A stretch of DNA of 37,682 nt. It comes from Octopus bimaculoides (Eukaryota). Positions within the stretch are counted from its first letter, which is position 1; each line of letters starts with the position of its first letter. Below are positions 12,486 to 23,607 of this stretch, one piece after another. The stretch covers positions 139,817,420 through 139,855,101 of the forward strand of contig NC_068981.1 in assembly GCF_001194135.2 (NCBI RefSeq). Reading direction: 5' to 3'. Below the pieces are notes generated by a model. The model was not told the origin of the DNA. It did not search any database and saw nothing but the letters and a program-made list of their open reading frames with translations. A program made the position numbers and the translations under genes.

Positions 12486-14234
12486 ATATTATCGTCAATT
12501 TTAAAAGGCGAAAATATATCACAAAAATGAAGTAACCGTCCAAATATAAGGATCTAGTTACAGAGATAAGTAGTCAGTACAATGTGACTACAGAAACACT
12601 CTCTGCTATAAATATCGCAGATGAGTAGATTAAATAGTCGCAGGGCTTATAAATGCAAGATACATATAGGACATTGCACGGCTAGGCATAAAATGCACAC
12701 TATTATGCAATGTAATTCTAATAAAAGAGAAGAAGAATGGAAAACATCACACTAGAATATAGAGTGATATTACCAAAATAATAAGTACAATAATATTCCA
12801 AGAACATCAAGACAGACCGATTAGATATAATTATCAAGTAATGGAAAGCAGATTGTGGTGATATGAAAATAAAAACTGTTCTAATGATAACCAGTGTGCT
12901 AGATATGAAAAGGAAACACAATGAAAATATTGCAAATCACATTCCAAGTCACCTAACACCACACAATCAACGCTAACTCTACTACGAACATCACATATCA
13001 AATGTTACGCACTATTCTTTTCTATAGCACTACTGAAATAGTAGTTTTTCTACACAAAATGCACAATATATACCTTACATTACTCGATGAAATGGCATCA
13101 CGCACATTACATACTCGGCACATACTTCACTTAATACGACAAGCATTTTCTATACGACCGTAACACAAAATTCCTAATTCTTCTAAGGATATGGTCACGT
13201 ACTTTACGCCCTCTATACAGTTCAGGTTTGCAATACATAAATAGACTGCAGCACAATTTCATTTCTTCAACGGGACCTGCTCTATGACATTATTTCAAAA
13301 CAAAGATTCCGATACCTCCAAACGATATCTGAACAGGTTTCTTCAAAGGATACTAGACAAGTCATTTTTACCTGGATACATCTCAATCAACAACAACTCC
13401 CTACGGGAGTGGGTCATGATTCTACAAAACTTGACCTAAAAATGACATAACAAATTCTATCAGGGAGAGGTATTAAGTTAGACTTTGCCGGGACCAATTT
13501 CTGACCGAAATGTATCTATGTTTATGCACGTTTAATACAATTGTCAGTGTACACAGTCTCCACCCAATAAAATCCTAGAATCCCAGAATATATAATTTTT
13601 TCGATCATCATCAAAGTTGCAAAATATATATATATCAGGTACTCAACCCTCTCCAGCCAGTAGAAAAACAAAATCTACAGAGCATATAACCTACACAACC
13701 CAAATTGCAACTCGCACAAAAAACTTCGTAGTATACAGAAGCATCAGTTACCACACAACACTATAACATATAGCACAAACCAAGAAATTGCAGCCATTTT
13801 TCTTCTAAGGATTTCTATCGTTTAAGGAGGAAGGACATATTATATATTGCATACTCCTACGTATGCCAAAGGGCATAGCGGATACTCAAAGATAGAAATA
13901 GGCGAAAGTCTAAAGTAACTCGAGAAGACAGGAGACAAAGCGAGAAAAGTGCAAAACGTGCACGCACCAATACACGCACATAAACGCGAGCGCGCACTCA
14001 CCAGTTTCACAAGAAAATGCCGCATTCACCTCATGGACATGAAAGATAATCTGGTGGTGTAGTAGAAAATTGCAAGAAACTGGAGAAAAGACGATGCTAA
14101 TGACGATGCCTCTAAACGAATACAAAAGCTAATAATGATACCAGAGAAGAAGAAACAGAAGAAAAAAAGCAAAACAAGAAGAACAGTAACTGTAAGAACA
14201 TCGTTGAGTATCATGAAAATAGAAGAGAAAGGAA

Positions 14235-14320
14235 GAGAAAAGGAAGAGGGAGAAGAAGAAGAAGAAGAAGAAGAAGAAGAAGAAGAAGAAGAAGGAGGAG
14301 GAGGAGGAGGGGGAGGAAGT
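14235..14320. repeat. (GAA)n(GGA)n trinucleotide repeat
   Basis: Read directly. Explains the poly-E/poly-G ORF 14135-14437. Confidence 0.95.
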
Positions 14321-16544
14321 GAAGAAAAAGCGAAAGGAGACGAACGCTTGTTTTTTTTTTTTTACTTTATTTGCTACAAGTCCAAGTTAAAACAAATATA
14401 CGTAGAGAAAATGTCGCATTACACGAATGACATTTAACAGAAATGAATGAAATATAAAATGTAAAATATTTTACGATATTATACAAGTATTTTATGCATT
14501 GCTTGGAGCTGAATAATTAACAAACTCTCTTTCGTATTGTTGATTTTATATATTTTGCTACACGTATTTCTTACAAACGCTTCACGTATGTAGCATTGAT
14601 CATGTAGACAAAATAATAGTAATTTGTTTTGTCAAGATTACAAGTACACATGATAATAAATCTTTTATGGACAGCAACTTAAAGAGAGAAGTTACAAAAA
14701 AATATACGCTTGAAGTTTGTTCGATGTTTACCCATAGCGATTGGAGATTTTTAATCTCATAATTTTACGAAATAATCGTTCGAAAAGACAGTAGAGTGCT
14801 ACTTGGAGCAATGTGGTGCATACATATTTACAGTTAAGTAGATAGAGCCAGTAAGAATAAATGTTTACCGAAAAGACCACTGTCAAAATTTAAAGACAGA
14901 AAAAAGAAAAAAGGTAGTCGGACAATTACAACGCCAAGACATCTTGATATAGATTTTGGTAGGATATGTGTTGTCAATATGATAAAAAAATATAGCTAGT
15001 TCAGAGAATGAAAATAAAGCAGCGGCGATTTCTGGATCCTTAAAATAAATAATGGCCCTCTTATGAAGAAGACTGGTTCATTTAACAAAACTGTCGATAC
15101 ATATTGTCATTGATTAGATTGATACATTGATGAATTACTAGAGTTCCTTTATTCATCTTCAGAGAATTGAAAATCAAAATCAACGTCAGTGAAATTTGAA
15201 CTCATTTCTGAGGGAATTGCGAATCTGAATACTTTAGATTTCGTCTACAAATAGCACGTTTACCGAAATAAAACGTTAAATACGAGGAAAAAATGTAATA
15301 TCTGGAAGTCATCTGTATTATTCCGCTAGGAAATTATGAACAAGATACACAATTACAATACAATAATATAAAGAATGTTACGAAGCAATTTGGGGAACTT
15401 GAGCATTTTAAAGAAAGTTAGTGAAGCACTCACAAAAGCTACGTTACAAGAATGAAATACATATTAACAAAAGGCTACTCCTCATATGATATAACTCGAT
15501 AAATACGCTTTGAACAGTTTTTCGAGAAAATATTACAATGGCTGACAACCGAGGTGTATATGATTCTCTTCTCACCGGATGCGCATGCACGCGTTTCGAC
15601 CTTTTTTTCTCTCTACTCTAGCGATACGTTAAGCTGAGATGTGTTATATTTAATGCATATGACAATCTCACTATATTTAACATGTGAGAAAGCGAGGATA
15701 GAGTGGGAGTGTGTTTACGTTTGTATTCAAAAGAGATGTGCACTTACCCTGACCTCATCAAATCATTACCCATAACACATAAATGGAATGCGAGTTACAA
15801 CCTGCCTACTTCGTTCGCGCCAACTGCAATTTCTCTTCCGTTCACGAAAGAACCACATAGCGGCAGGAAAAGAAAAAGTAAATATCTCCGCCTACTTACT
15901 AATGTAGAACAACGACCAAATTGTTCAATCTTCCTCCCGCCATTATTCATTGCTCTTTGATTTCAGCAACAAGTATATGACTTACAATTGCGTTTCTATT
16001 ATATGACATATACAGGCATATATATATTTCTTCATTGATGAACACATGCAAGCGCATAGATAAATCTACACACATATGCGCATACAGGCACACATAATCG
16101 CACACTCACACACATACGCAGGCACACGTGAATACGCGAAGATATACAACAACGCCCATGTTTCACCACGTTATATTCACATGTATACGTGCAAGACTCA
16201 CATGTGTTGAAAAGTAAGTAATAAAGTAATATTGTGATTTATTTCTTCTAAAACACACACGAAAATGCATGCACGCGCGAAAACTCGTACACACGAACTC
16301 TCACTCTCTCACACACACATAAACGTGTAACTTTTATATCTTTCTATCTGTTACTCACCTCGTCTCTCTCTCTCTCTCTCCCTACCTATCTCTCCCTCCC
16401 TCTCTATTTCTCTCTCTGTTACAAATCCTTGAATATACGTATGTATGTATGGGTTTGTGTTTTTGTGTGCATATGCACGTTTGTGTATAAATACCTTAAA
16501 TATTAATACATCTATAAGTATGTGCGTGTATATATGTGTATGTG

Positions 16545-16547
16545 TAC

Positions 16548-16590
<43 letters not shown>

Positions 16591-16835
16591 CATACATACA
16601 CATACATATATATGTGTATGTGTGTATGCATATGTTTGTATATATATATATATATATANNNNNNNNNNNNNNNNNNNNNNNNNNNNNNNNNNNNNNNNNN
16701 NNNNNNNNNNNNNNNNNNNNNNNNNNNNNNNNNNNNNNNNNNNNNNNNNNNNNNNNNNNNNNNNNNNNNNNNNNNNNNNNNNNNNNNNNCATACATACAC
16801 ATACATATATATGTGTATGTGTGTATGAATATGTT

Positions 16836-16884
<49 letters not shown>

Positions 16885-16946
16885 CACATACATATATATG
16901 TGTATGTGTGTATGCATATGTTTGTATATATATATATATATATATA
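16545..16946. repeat. Compound microsatellite array with three copies of a near-palindromic ~50-bp unit, spanning a gap
   Basis: CATACATACACACATACATATATATGTGTATGTGTGTATG(C/A)ATATGTTTG at ~16587, ~16790 and ~16877, separated by (TA)n. Confidence 0.85.
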
Positions 16947-17577
16947 AAATCACGTATATATGTAACCAGAAGCACACACAAACACACACACATTAATCTA
17001 TATATATGATCCGGCATCTGTATTCGCTTATGTGCATGTGCATGTGCATGTGCATGTGCAAATGTTGTACAGCTAGAACGTAAGCATCGTACAGCGTGCG
17101 TTTCAGGAGAATCCCTATTCCAAAGTGTAAGACACTTCAAATTCTCATAAAACCCCTGGCAATAAAACACAGCAGGCAAATTATAGCATTCTATAAAACT
17201 GGCAACGCTAAAATTTATCTCAATACATCTTTTAACTAATATATTTATATGCATTTGAAGTTTGGGTTCAGTACTGTGCATAATTTTATGGATCCTCCGT
17301 CGTTCACAAACGAAACGTGATCAAAATTTAATCGTAAATCAATATGGTTTTATTTTACAGTTCAATATTTCTGAAATCAATAATATTTTCTTTCTGGAAT
17401 CCAATATTTCATTTAATTGATTGTACTGATGCTGAGAGTATTTTAAGGGCGATGCTGCAATATATAATGATGCAATGATTACTTATTAAGGTGATGATTA
17501 AAGCTTGGAATTTCTAAAAAGATATAAGATCAAATATTCGCAGAAAAAGTTTCTTTAATATTCCACACACACACACA

Positions 17578-17610
<33 letters not shown>

Positions 17611-18041
17611 GCTTACAGAAACGCACTAACACAAAAACAGTCGGTAACATGCATACATGCATGCATACATATGAAGACGTATGCATTTATACACATATAT
17701 CTCTACGTATGTGCTTGTGCGCGCGTGTGTGTATGTATGTTTGTGTATTAGTGTTCGTGTGAGTTGGTTTGTGTATATATTTACTTCATTAGGAAAGTTT
17801 GAATATGTCTCTTGCACTTACAACCACTGCAACTTCCACTGAAGATTGTCGTATCCCGAATTCTGTATGCAAATTCCTGTTCATGAGTAAAATCAGGCAA
17901 TAAAGAAATATGTTACACCCAAAGGGAGTTCGCAATTGCCCAATAAGCGTTTTGTTGTTTTATATAGAAAGAGCAGTGCTATTTATGGCATAAATTACAG
18001 TAAAAAATATATCGTAATTAAATTTCCCTTAACAATATATT

Positions 18042-18256
18042 CTTCTCTAATCTAAGCACAAGGCCGGAATTTTTTAGGGAAGGGGGATAGTCGATTAAAT
18101 CGACCCCAGTACGCAACTGGTACTTTATTTATCGACCCCGAAAGGATAATAGGCAAAGTTGACCTCGGCGGAATTTGAACTCAAAAGTTAAAGACAGACA
18201 AAATACCGCTAAGCGTTTCGCCTAGCGTGCTAACTTTTCTGCCAGCTCGCCGCCTT
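18042..18256 (-). mobile_element. tRNA-derived SINE, tail type B (copy B1)
   Basis: Minus strand: head AAGGCGGCGAGCTGGCAGAAAAGTTAGC, B-box-like GAGTTCAAATTCC, central GCCTATTATCCTTTCGGGGTCGATAAATAAAGTACCAG, tail ...CCGGCCTTGTGCTTAGATTAGAGAAGA. Confidence 0.85.
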
Positions 18257-18271
18257 TCTTCACAATATATT

Positions 18272-18503
18272 TATTTCTTTATTGCCCACATGGGGCTAAA
18301 CAAACAGGGGACAAACAAGGATAGACAAAGGGATTAAATCGATGACGTCGGCCCCAGTGCGTAACTTGTATATATTTAATAGACCCCGAAAGGATGAAAG
18401 GCAAAGTCGACCTCGGCAGAATTTTAACACAGAACGTAACGGCAGACGAAATACCGCTAAGAATTTCGCCCGGTGTGTTAGCGATTCTGCCAGCTCGCCG
18501 CCA
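18272..18503 (-). mobile_element. tRNA-derived SINE, tail type A, with an empty LINE target site
   Basis: Full head, centre and tail ending GCCCCATGTGGGCAATAAAGAAAT. Carries one uninterrupted GGTATTTCGTCT (plus-strand 18444-18455). Confidence 0.9.
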
Positions 18504-18721
18504 ATTCTTTTCTACTCTAGGCACAAGGCCCGAAAATTTGTGGGAAGGGGCCAGTCGATTAGATTGAGTCCAGTACGCAGCTGGTACTTAATTTATCAAC
18601 CCCGAAAAGATGATAGGCAAAGTCCACCTCGGCGGAATTTGAAAGCAGAACATAAAGACAGACGAAATATCGCTAAGCATTTCGCCTGGCGTACTAACGT
18701 CTCTGCTAGCTCGCAGCCTTT
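18504..18721 (-). mobile_element. tRNA-derived SINE, tail type B (copy B2)
   Basis: Same head and centre as B1; tail ...TTTCGGGCCTTGTGCCTAGAGTAGAAAAGAAT. Confidence 0.85.
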
Positions 18722-18764
18722 CTTCACAATATATTTACACACAAAAGGCGGCGAACAGGAATAA

Positions 18765-18997
18765 AAGGCGTGAGCTGGCAGAAACGTTAGCACGCCGGGC
18801 GAAATGCTTAGCAGTATTTCGTCTGCTGTAACGTTCTGAGTTCAAATTCCGCTGAAGTCAACTTTGCCTTTCTTCCTTTCGGGGTCGATAAATTAAGTAC
18901 CAGTTACGCACTGGGGTCGATGTAATCGACTTAGTCCCTTTGCTTGTCCCTGTTTGTCCCCTCTATGTTTAGCCCCTTGTGGGCAATAAATAAATAA
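18765..18997 (+). mobile_element. tRNA-derived SINE, tail type A
   Basis: A-box-like TGGCAGAAACG, B box GAGTTCAAATTCC, centre GCCTTTCTTCCTTTCGGGGTCGATAAATTAAGTACCAG, tail GCCCCTTGTGGGCAATAAATAAATAA. Confidence 0.9.
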
Positions 18998-19138
18998 GAA
19001 ACGTTAGCACGCCGGGCGAAATGTTTTGCGGTATTTCGTCTCCGTGAGTTTGGAATTATTGATAATTATTATTGGAGTGCGTCTGTATAGTAAGTGCAAG
19101 TTTCTGTTGACTGTTTTTGTTATTTCCTGTTATAATTA

Positions 19139-19450
19139 TTGTTCCTGTTAGTAAGGAAATTAAGCAGAAGGCAGAGGATAGTCGCGTTAAACAGCAAAAA
19201 TGACGATTTAATGAGAGAAATACAAGCGAAACAATCAGCCACTAGGATTGCAGAACTTTCTGATAAATATAAGAACTACGAGTTCTACGAAATAAATAAA
19301 AAGACTCACAATGTATTACTTAACACGTATAGAAAGTCGGTGTCGATGATGAGATTGGATTTTAATCAATCCATTTTTCAAGACTTGCTACATGCTACCC
19401 TATGTCAAGAAAAGGTGGAGAGTCCCTCTCCAAAGGACACCTCGGATTAA
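19139..19450 (+). pseudogene. Probable ORF1 C-terminal remnant of LINE copy 1
   Basis: Open frame ending 11 nt before the ORF2 ATG (19462). Assignment is by position only. Confidence 0.5.
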
Positions 19451-19461
19451 ATATGTAAGTA

Positions 19462-22220
19462 ATGTCTATTCACGTTGCTCGTGCAAATGTTCGTGGCCTG
19501 ATGTCTAGCTGGAAGCAAGGGCGCTTCCTAAATGACATCAGGTCAAGAAAATTGGATGTGATTGTTAAAACGGAAACCCGGGTGTAGGGGCTCCCCTCCT
19601 GAACGGCTGTGAGAAATATGTTTCTCCGAGTCGGGCTAGAGGTGTGGGCGGGGTGTTGGTCCTACTAAGAAGAAACCGGGTAGCCGAGAAAAAGTTGTCT
19701 TTTTCTGACCCAGAAGGTAGGTTGGTCGTTCTCGACCTGGCATTCAGTTGTGGCAAGATAATCAGGTTGGTTGCAGTTTATGCACCCAACGTAATGGGCC
19801 ACAAAGCGAATATTTTCGTGACCTGGTCAAGTTCCTGGCCACATCGCATTCGCTAGTACTGATAGAAGACTTTAACACAATATGTGACGCACACATAGAC
19901 TGTGTTGGCTCGAACATGAATAGAAAATGTAACCCTGGTTTACGAGATCTGCTAAGTCACATTCAGCTGGCAGATCCATATAGTTTGGAACACCCGAACA
20001 TTCCACAGCGGGCATGGTCAAATAGTAACGGGTCTTCCAGAACATATCTAGATAGGGTTTTCATTATAACAACAGATAAGTCCATAGCTAAGTGTTCACA
20101 GTTTTATCCAGTTAGCTAGAGTAATCACAAGATGGTCACCTGTAAGCTGACAGTAGATAAGTTGCATAGAGAGGGATCTAGATACTAGAAACTCAATACG
20201 TCCCTTTTGGCGATTGAGGAGTACAGAAAGCGGATCAAGATGTTAGTACAGAGAGGATTGAGAGGTATCATCATTAATAACAAATGGTAGTACGCCTTAA
20301 AAAGAGCCATAAAATATGAGTCTATTATGTTTAGCATAAGTTTAGCTAAGAAGTGGCATAGAATAAGAGATGGTCTAGTGAAAGAACTAGAAGAAGCCTG
20401 GAGGAGTGGTAATGCGGACCAAGTGAAGGAGAAGAGACTGGAGTTTAACCAGCATCTGTAAGCCCAACACATGAGCAGTATTGTCAGAGCTAAGTTACGT
20501 GGAGGAATCTAGGTCGCTGGATGGGCCAGAGTGGTGGAAGGTCGACAAGGAAATAGTTCCACTATGCGGTGTTTGACGAATCAAAATGGAGTCTTGGTAA
20601 ACGATCCCGAGGAAATGTGTGAGGCCTTTCAGGAGTACTTTGCCCAGCTGTTCGCGGCTGATGGCGGACGTGATAATGGGGGACTTTCTTGCCGAGGACT
20701 TTCTTCGAGGACTTTCTTGCCGAGCTGCCTTGCCTTTCGGGGTCGGATGCGGAGTCTTGTGAAGGGCCGATCACGCCTGTGAAGGTGATGGAGACTATGG
20801 CCAATTGTAAAGTGGATAAGTCGCCGGGACTTGATGGTTTTCCGTACGAGCTGTATAAATGTATGCCAGATTTGTTCGGGTACCTAATGGCTGACGTGTA
20901 CGCGAACTGGCAACAGAATGGGTTTATCCCAGATCTGTGCGCCGGGGAGTAATGACGTTAGTCAGAACAGATCCGGAAAAGGGGGACGTTTTAGATAACT
21001 TCAGGCCCATCACTCTGTTAAATGTAGAAGTGAAAAGTGTGCTTGCGTGGTTCGGCGGTGCTGGGCGCTGGACAGAGGGACTGGTTAACTTGCTGGGAGT
21101 CTGGTGTGGATCAGGCCTCCAAATAGAGAAGAACTGAATGGAAGTTTCGATCAGGGTGGCTAGAGTAGTCAAGTCTTGGCGGTGGCTATCCCTGAAAGAG
21201 ATGGTGGATGTGGCTAATGTCTTTATCGCATCAGTCTTTACCTACCACCTGACCGTCGTGCCCTGTCCGGGTTCGTGTTTGATCAGGTTGGAGAGACAGC
21301 ACTTAGGCTTTTTGTGGAAGGGCAGGTCGCCACTTGTGAAACGCTCTACCTGTTGTCAAAAGCCCTTAAAGAGAGGTTTCGGCATGACTTGGTTAATGAT
21401 CCGCAGGCATGCTTCGAAGTTGAGGCATCTCTGGATTCTCCTGGATAGTGAACGGGTGTGGTCTCCGCTAGCCAGACAAATGTTCCCCGAGTTCAAAATA
21501 TTTTGCGAACAGGAAGCCTGATGTTTTCGTAGACCGAGGTCGAGTGAATGGCATATAGAGTGCCGTAAGGCCCTCCTGTTATTCCAGCGCTCGGGCAAAG
21601 CCAGCGGTGGGGGTTCTACACGAATTTTATATAGTGGGTTGGTAGAGTCTGAATGTGATGATGGACGGGGGCGGCTCTAGGTCTCGGCTTTATTCAACTG
21701 GACAGCCTGTTCTATCGTACATACGGGTTGGGATCGTTGGACAACTTTTAAAAATCCTTGCCCTGGCAATGTTACAGAGGTGCCTTTGGTATAAGCTCGT
21801 AAGGCATGGTAAGCGTCAGTCTCCGACCTGTCCAGGATGTGGGGGAGACAGGGAAACCGTCCCTCACGCTTATGTCTAGTGTTCGGAGATATATGAAATG
21901 TGGGTTTTGTGGGTTTATGCTGAACACCTGTTGTCCTGCGAAATAAGAGTACAGCTGTCGACTGAGTCATTTATAAAAATTGACTCACCGGAAATTTTAA
22001 CAAATGAAAGTAAGAATTGTCTTCTCACGGTTGTAGCAATAGCGAAAGAGGCAGTATGAAAGGTTAGGATAAAAGGAATTAATACAGGCAACTTTATCTC
22101 CGGCCACGATTTACGATCATTTTTTACTTTCCATTTGAAAAGGAAGGTGTGGCTCGAGAAAAGGTGTCTGTCGGAGTGTGCATTTCAAAAGTGTTTTGCG
22201 TGCAAGGAACCGTGTGAATA
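19462..22220 (+). pseudogene. ORF2 (APE endonuclease, partial RT, CCHC) of LINE copy 1
   Basis: Motifs listed for copy 1. Many stops and frameshifts. The catalytic SDH is mutated to SNH, and the RT core (QGCPLSP, YADD region) is deleted near 21035-21063. Confidence 0.85.
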
Positions 22221-22954
22221 GTCTATAAAAGAAGCACAATAAAAAGGTACTAGCGATAGATCGGAGCTTGTGGGGTCGGAGCGTGGCCTGATCATCGCTA
22301 CATTTGTGTTGTCTCTGTATTGTTAATATCATTCGAATTTTTTATATGTTATATAATTTTTATATTCATATTTTATGTAAAATCATAACGTATTACTGAT
22401 CCCAATCAGTTGTGTTGTCCGTTTCTGAGTTTGGCCGCCTGTGGGCAATACAGAAATTGGTATTTCGTCTGCCGTAATACGCTCTGAGTTCAAATTCCGC
22501 CTATGTCGACTTTGCCGGTCAACTTTCCGGGGTCGATTAAATAAGTATCAGTTATGCACTGGGGTCGATGTAAACGACTTAATCCCTGTCCTCCTCTGTC
22601 CCCTGTATTTTTAGCCCTCTGTCGGCAATAAAAAAAGATATATATTAAAATTCTGCTTGTTAATCTGTAACTAAGCTAGCACGTGAATTACACTCTTTTG
22701 AGCAATTAGAATAAAAAAAAATTACAATTATTAATGCAACAAGAAGGCAGCGACTGGCAGAAACGTTAGCACGCCGGGCGAAATTATTAGTGGTATTTCG
22801 TCTGTGTGTCACCGGTTGAGGTGCTTAGCGGTGAGCGACTCCGTGAGATTGGATTGTTACTAGTTATTTGAGTGCGTCTGTACAGTAAGTGCAAGTTTCC
22901 ATTAACTGTTTTTGTGTGATAGTCTTCGTTTGAAAACTATCGTGTGTTTCCCCT

Positions 22955-23607
22955 ATGGGGGAAACAGTAATTGCTGGCAAGAAGCCGAATAATGTATCTT
23001 CGTCTGGCGAAGAGGAGTCAACCGGAGGAAAAAATATAGAAAATTTATTGTTTGGAGAAGTTTCGGATTCTTCTGAAGAGGAGTTTCCAAAGCTATCAAA
23101 TTGTACCGTTACAAGGAGGAACATAAATGTGAAAAACATACAAACAGAANNNNNNNNNNNNNNNNNNNNNNNNNNNNNNNNNNNNNNNNNNNNNNNNNNN
23201 NNNNNNNNNNNNNNNNNNNNNNNNNNNNNNNNNNNNNNNNNNNNNNNNNNNNNNNNNNNNNNNNNNNNNNNNACATATTAAAATACAAAGACATGCTAAA
23301 AATTCAAAACGGTGTTGTCAAAGTTCAACCACCGGAAGAATTATTATTAACAGAAAAAAAAAACCCAATTATTTTTAAAGTTTACTGCAAAAAAGGAAGG
23401 AAAATCGAGCGAGTGAGCGAAGAAAGAATTGAACAAGGTCTAAAGCCCATTTCGCAGGACATTACGTATCTAGCAAGCGGCAAAAAATTCGGTACCATTG
23501 AGGTACATTTTAAAAACATTGAAACTGCACAAGTGCACTCTGTAAAATCCTTGGAAACCGAGGATATAATTTTGATACCGATTTACAAAGGTCCCACCTC
23601 AAATTGA
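22955..23607 (+). pseudogene. ORF1 N-terminal part of LINE copy 2 (RRM-like), spanning a gap
   Basis: ATG at 22955 after a ~150-nt 5' UTR. The segment KFGTIEVHFKNIETAQ...LIPIYKG resembles the RRM-type ORF1 of Tx1/L2-like LINEs (recalled, not searched). Confidence 0.55.

Larger units (their letters stand above)
19042..22458 (+). mobile_element. L1-superfamily (Tx1-like) non-LTR retrotransposon, copy 1, internally deleted and inactive
   Basis: TSD GGTATTTCGTCT at 19030-19041 and 22459-22470. ORF2 begins at 19462 with MSIHVARANVRGL...LDVIVKTETR (APE N-terminus), followed by RLVAVYAPN, DFNTI, RTYLDRVF, KSPGLDGFPYELYK, FRPITLLN and HGKRQSPTCPGC...ETVPH. Both ends align with copy 2. Confidence 0.92.
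18998..22637 (+). mobile_element. Host SINE 1 (type A) split by LINE copy 1: 18998-19041 plus 22459-22637
   Basis: Joining the two halves with one copy of GGTATTTCGTCT restores a contiguous SINE colinear with 18781-18997. Confidence 0.9.
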
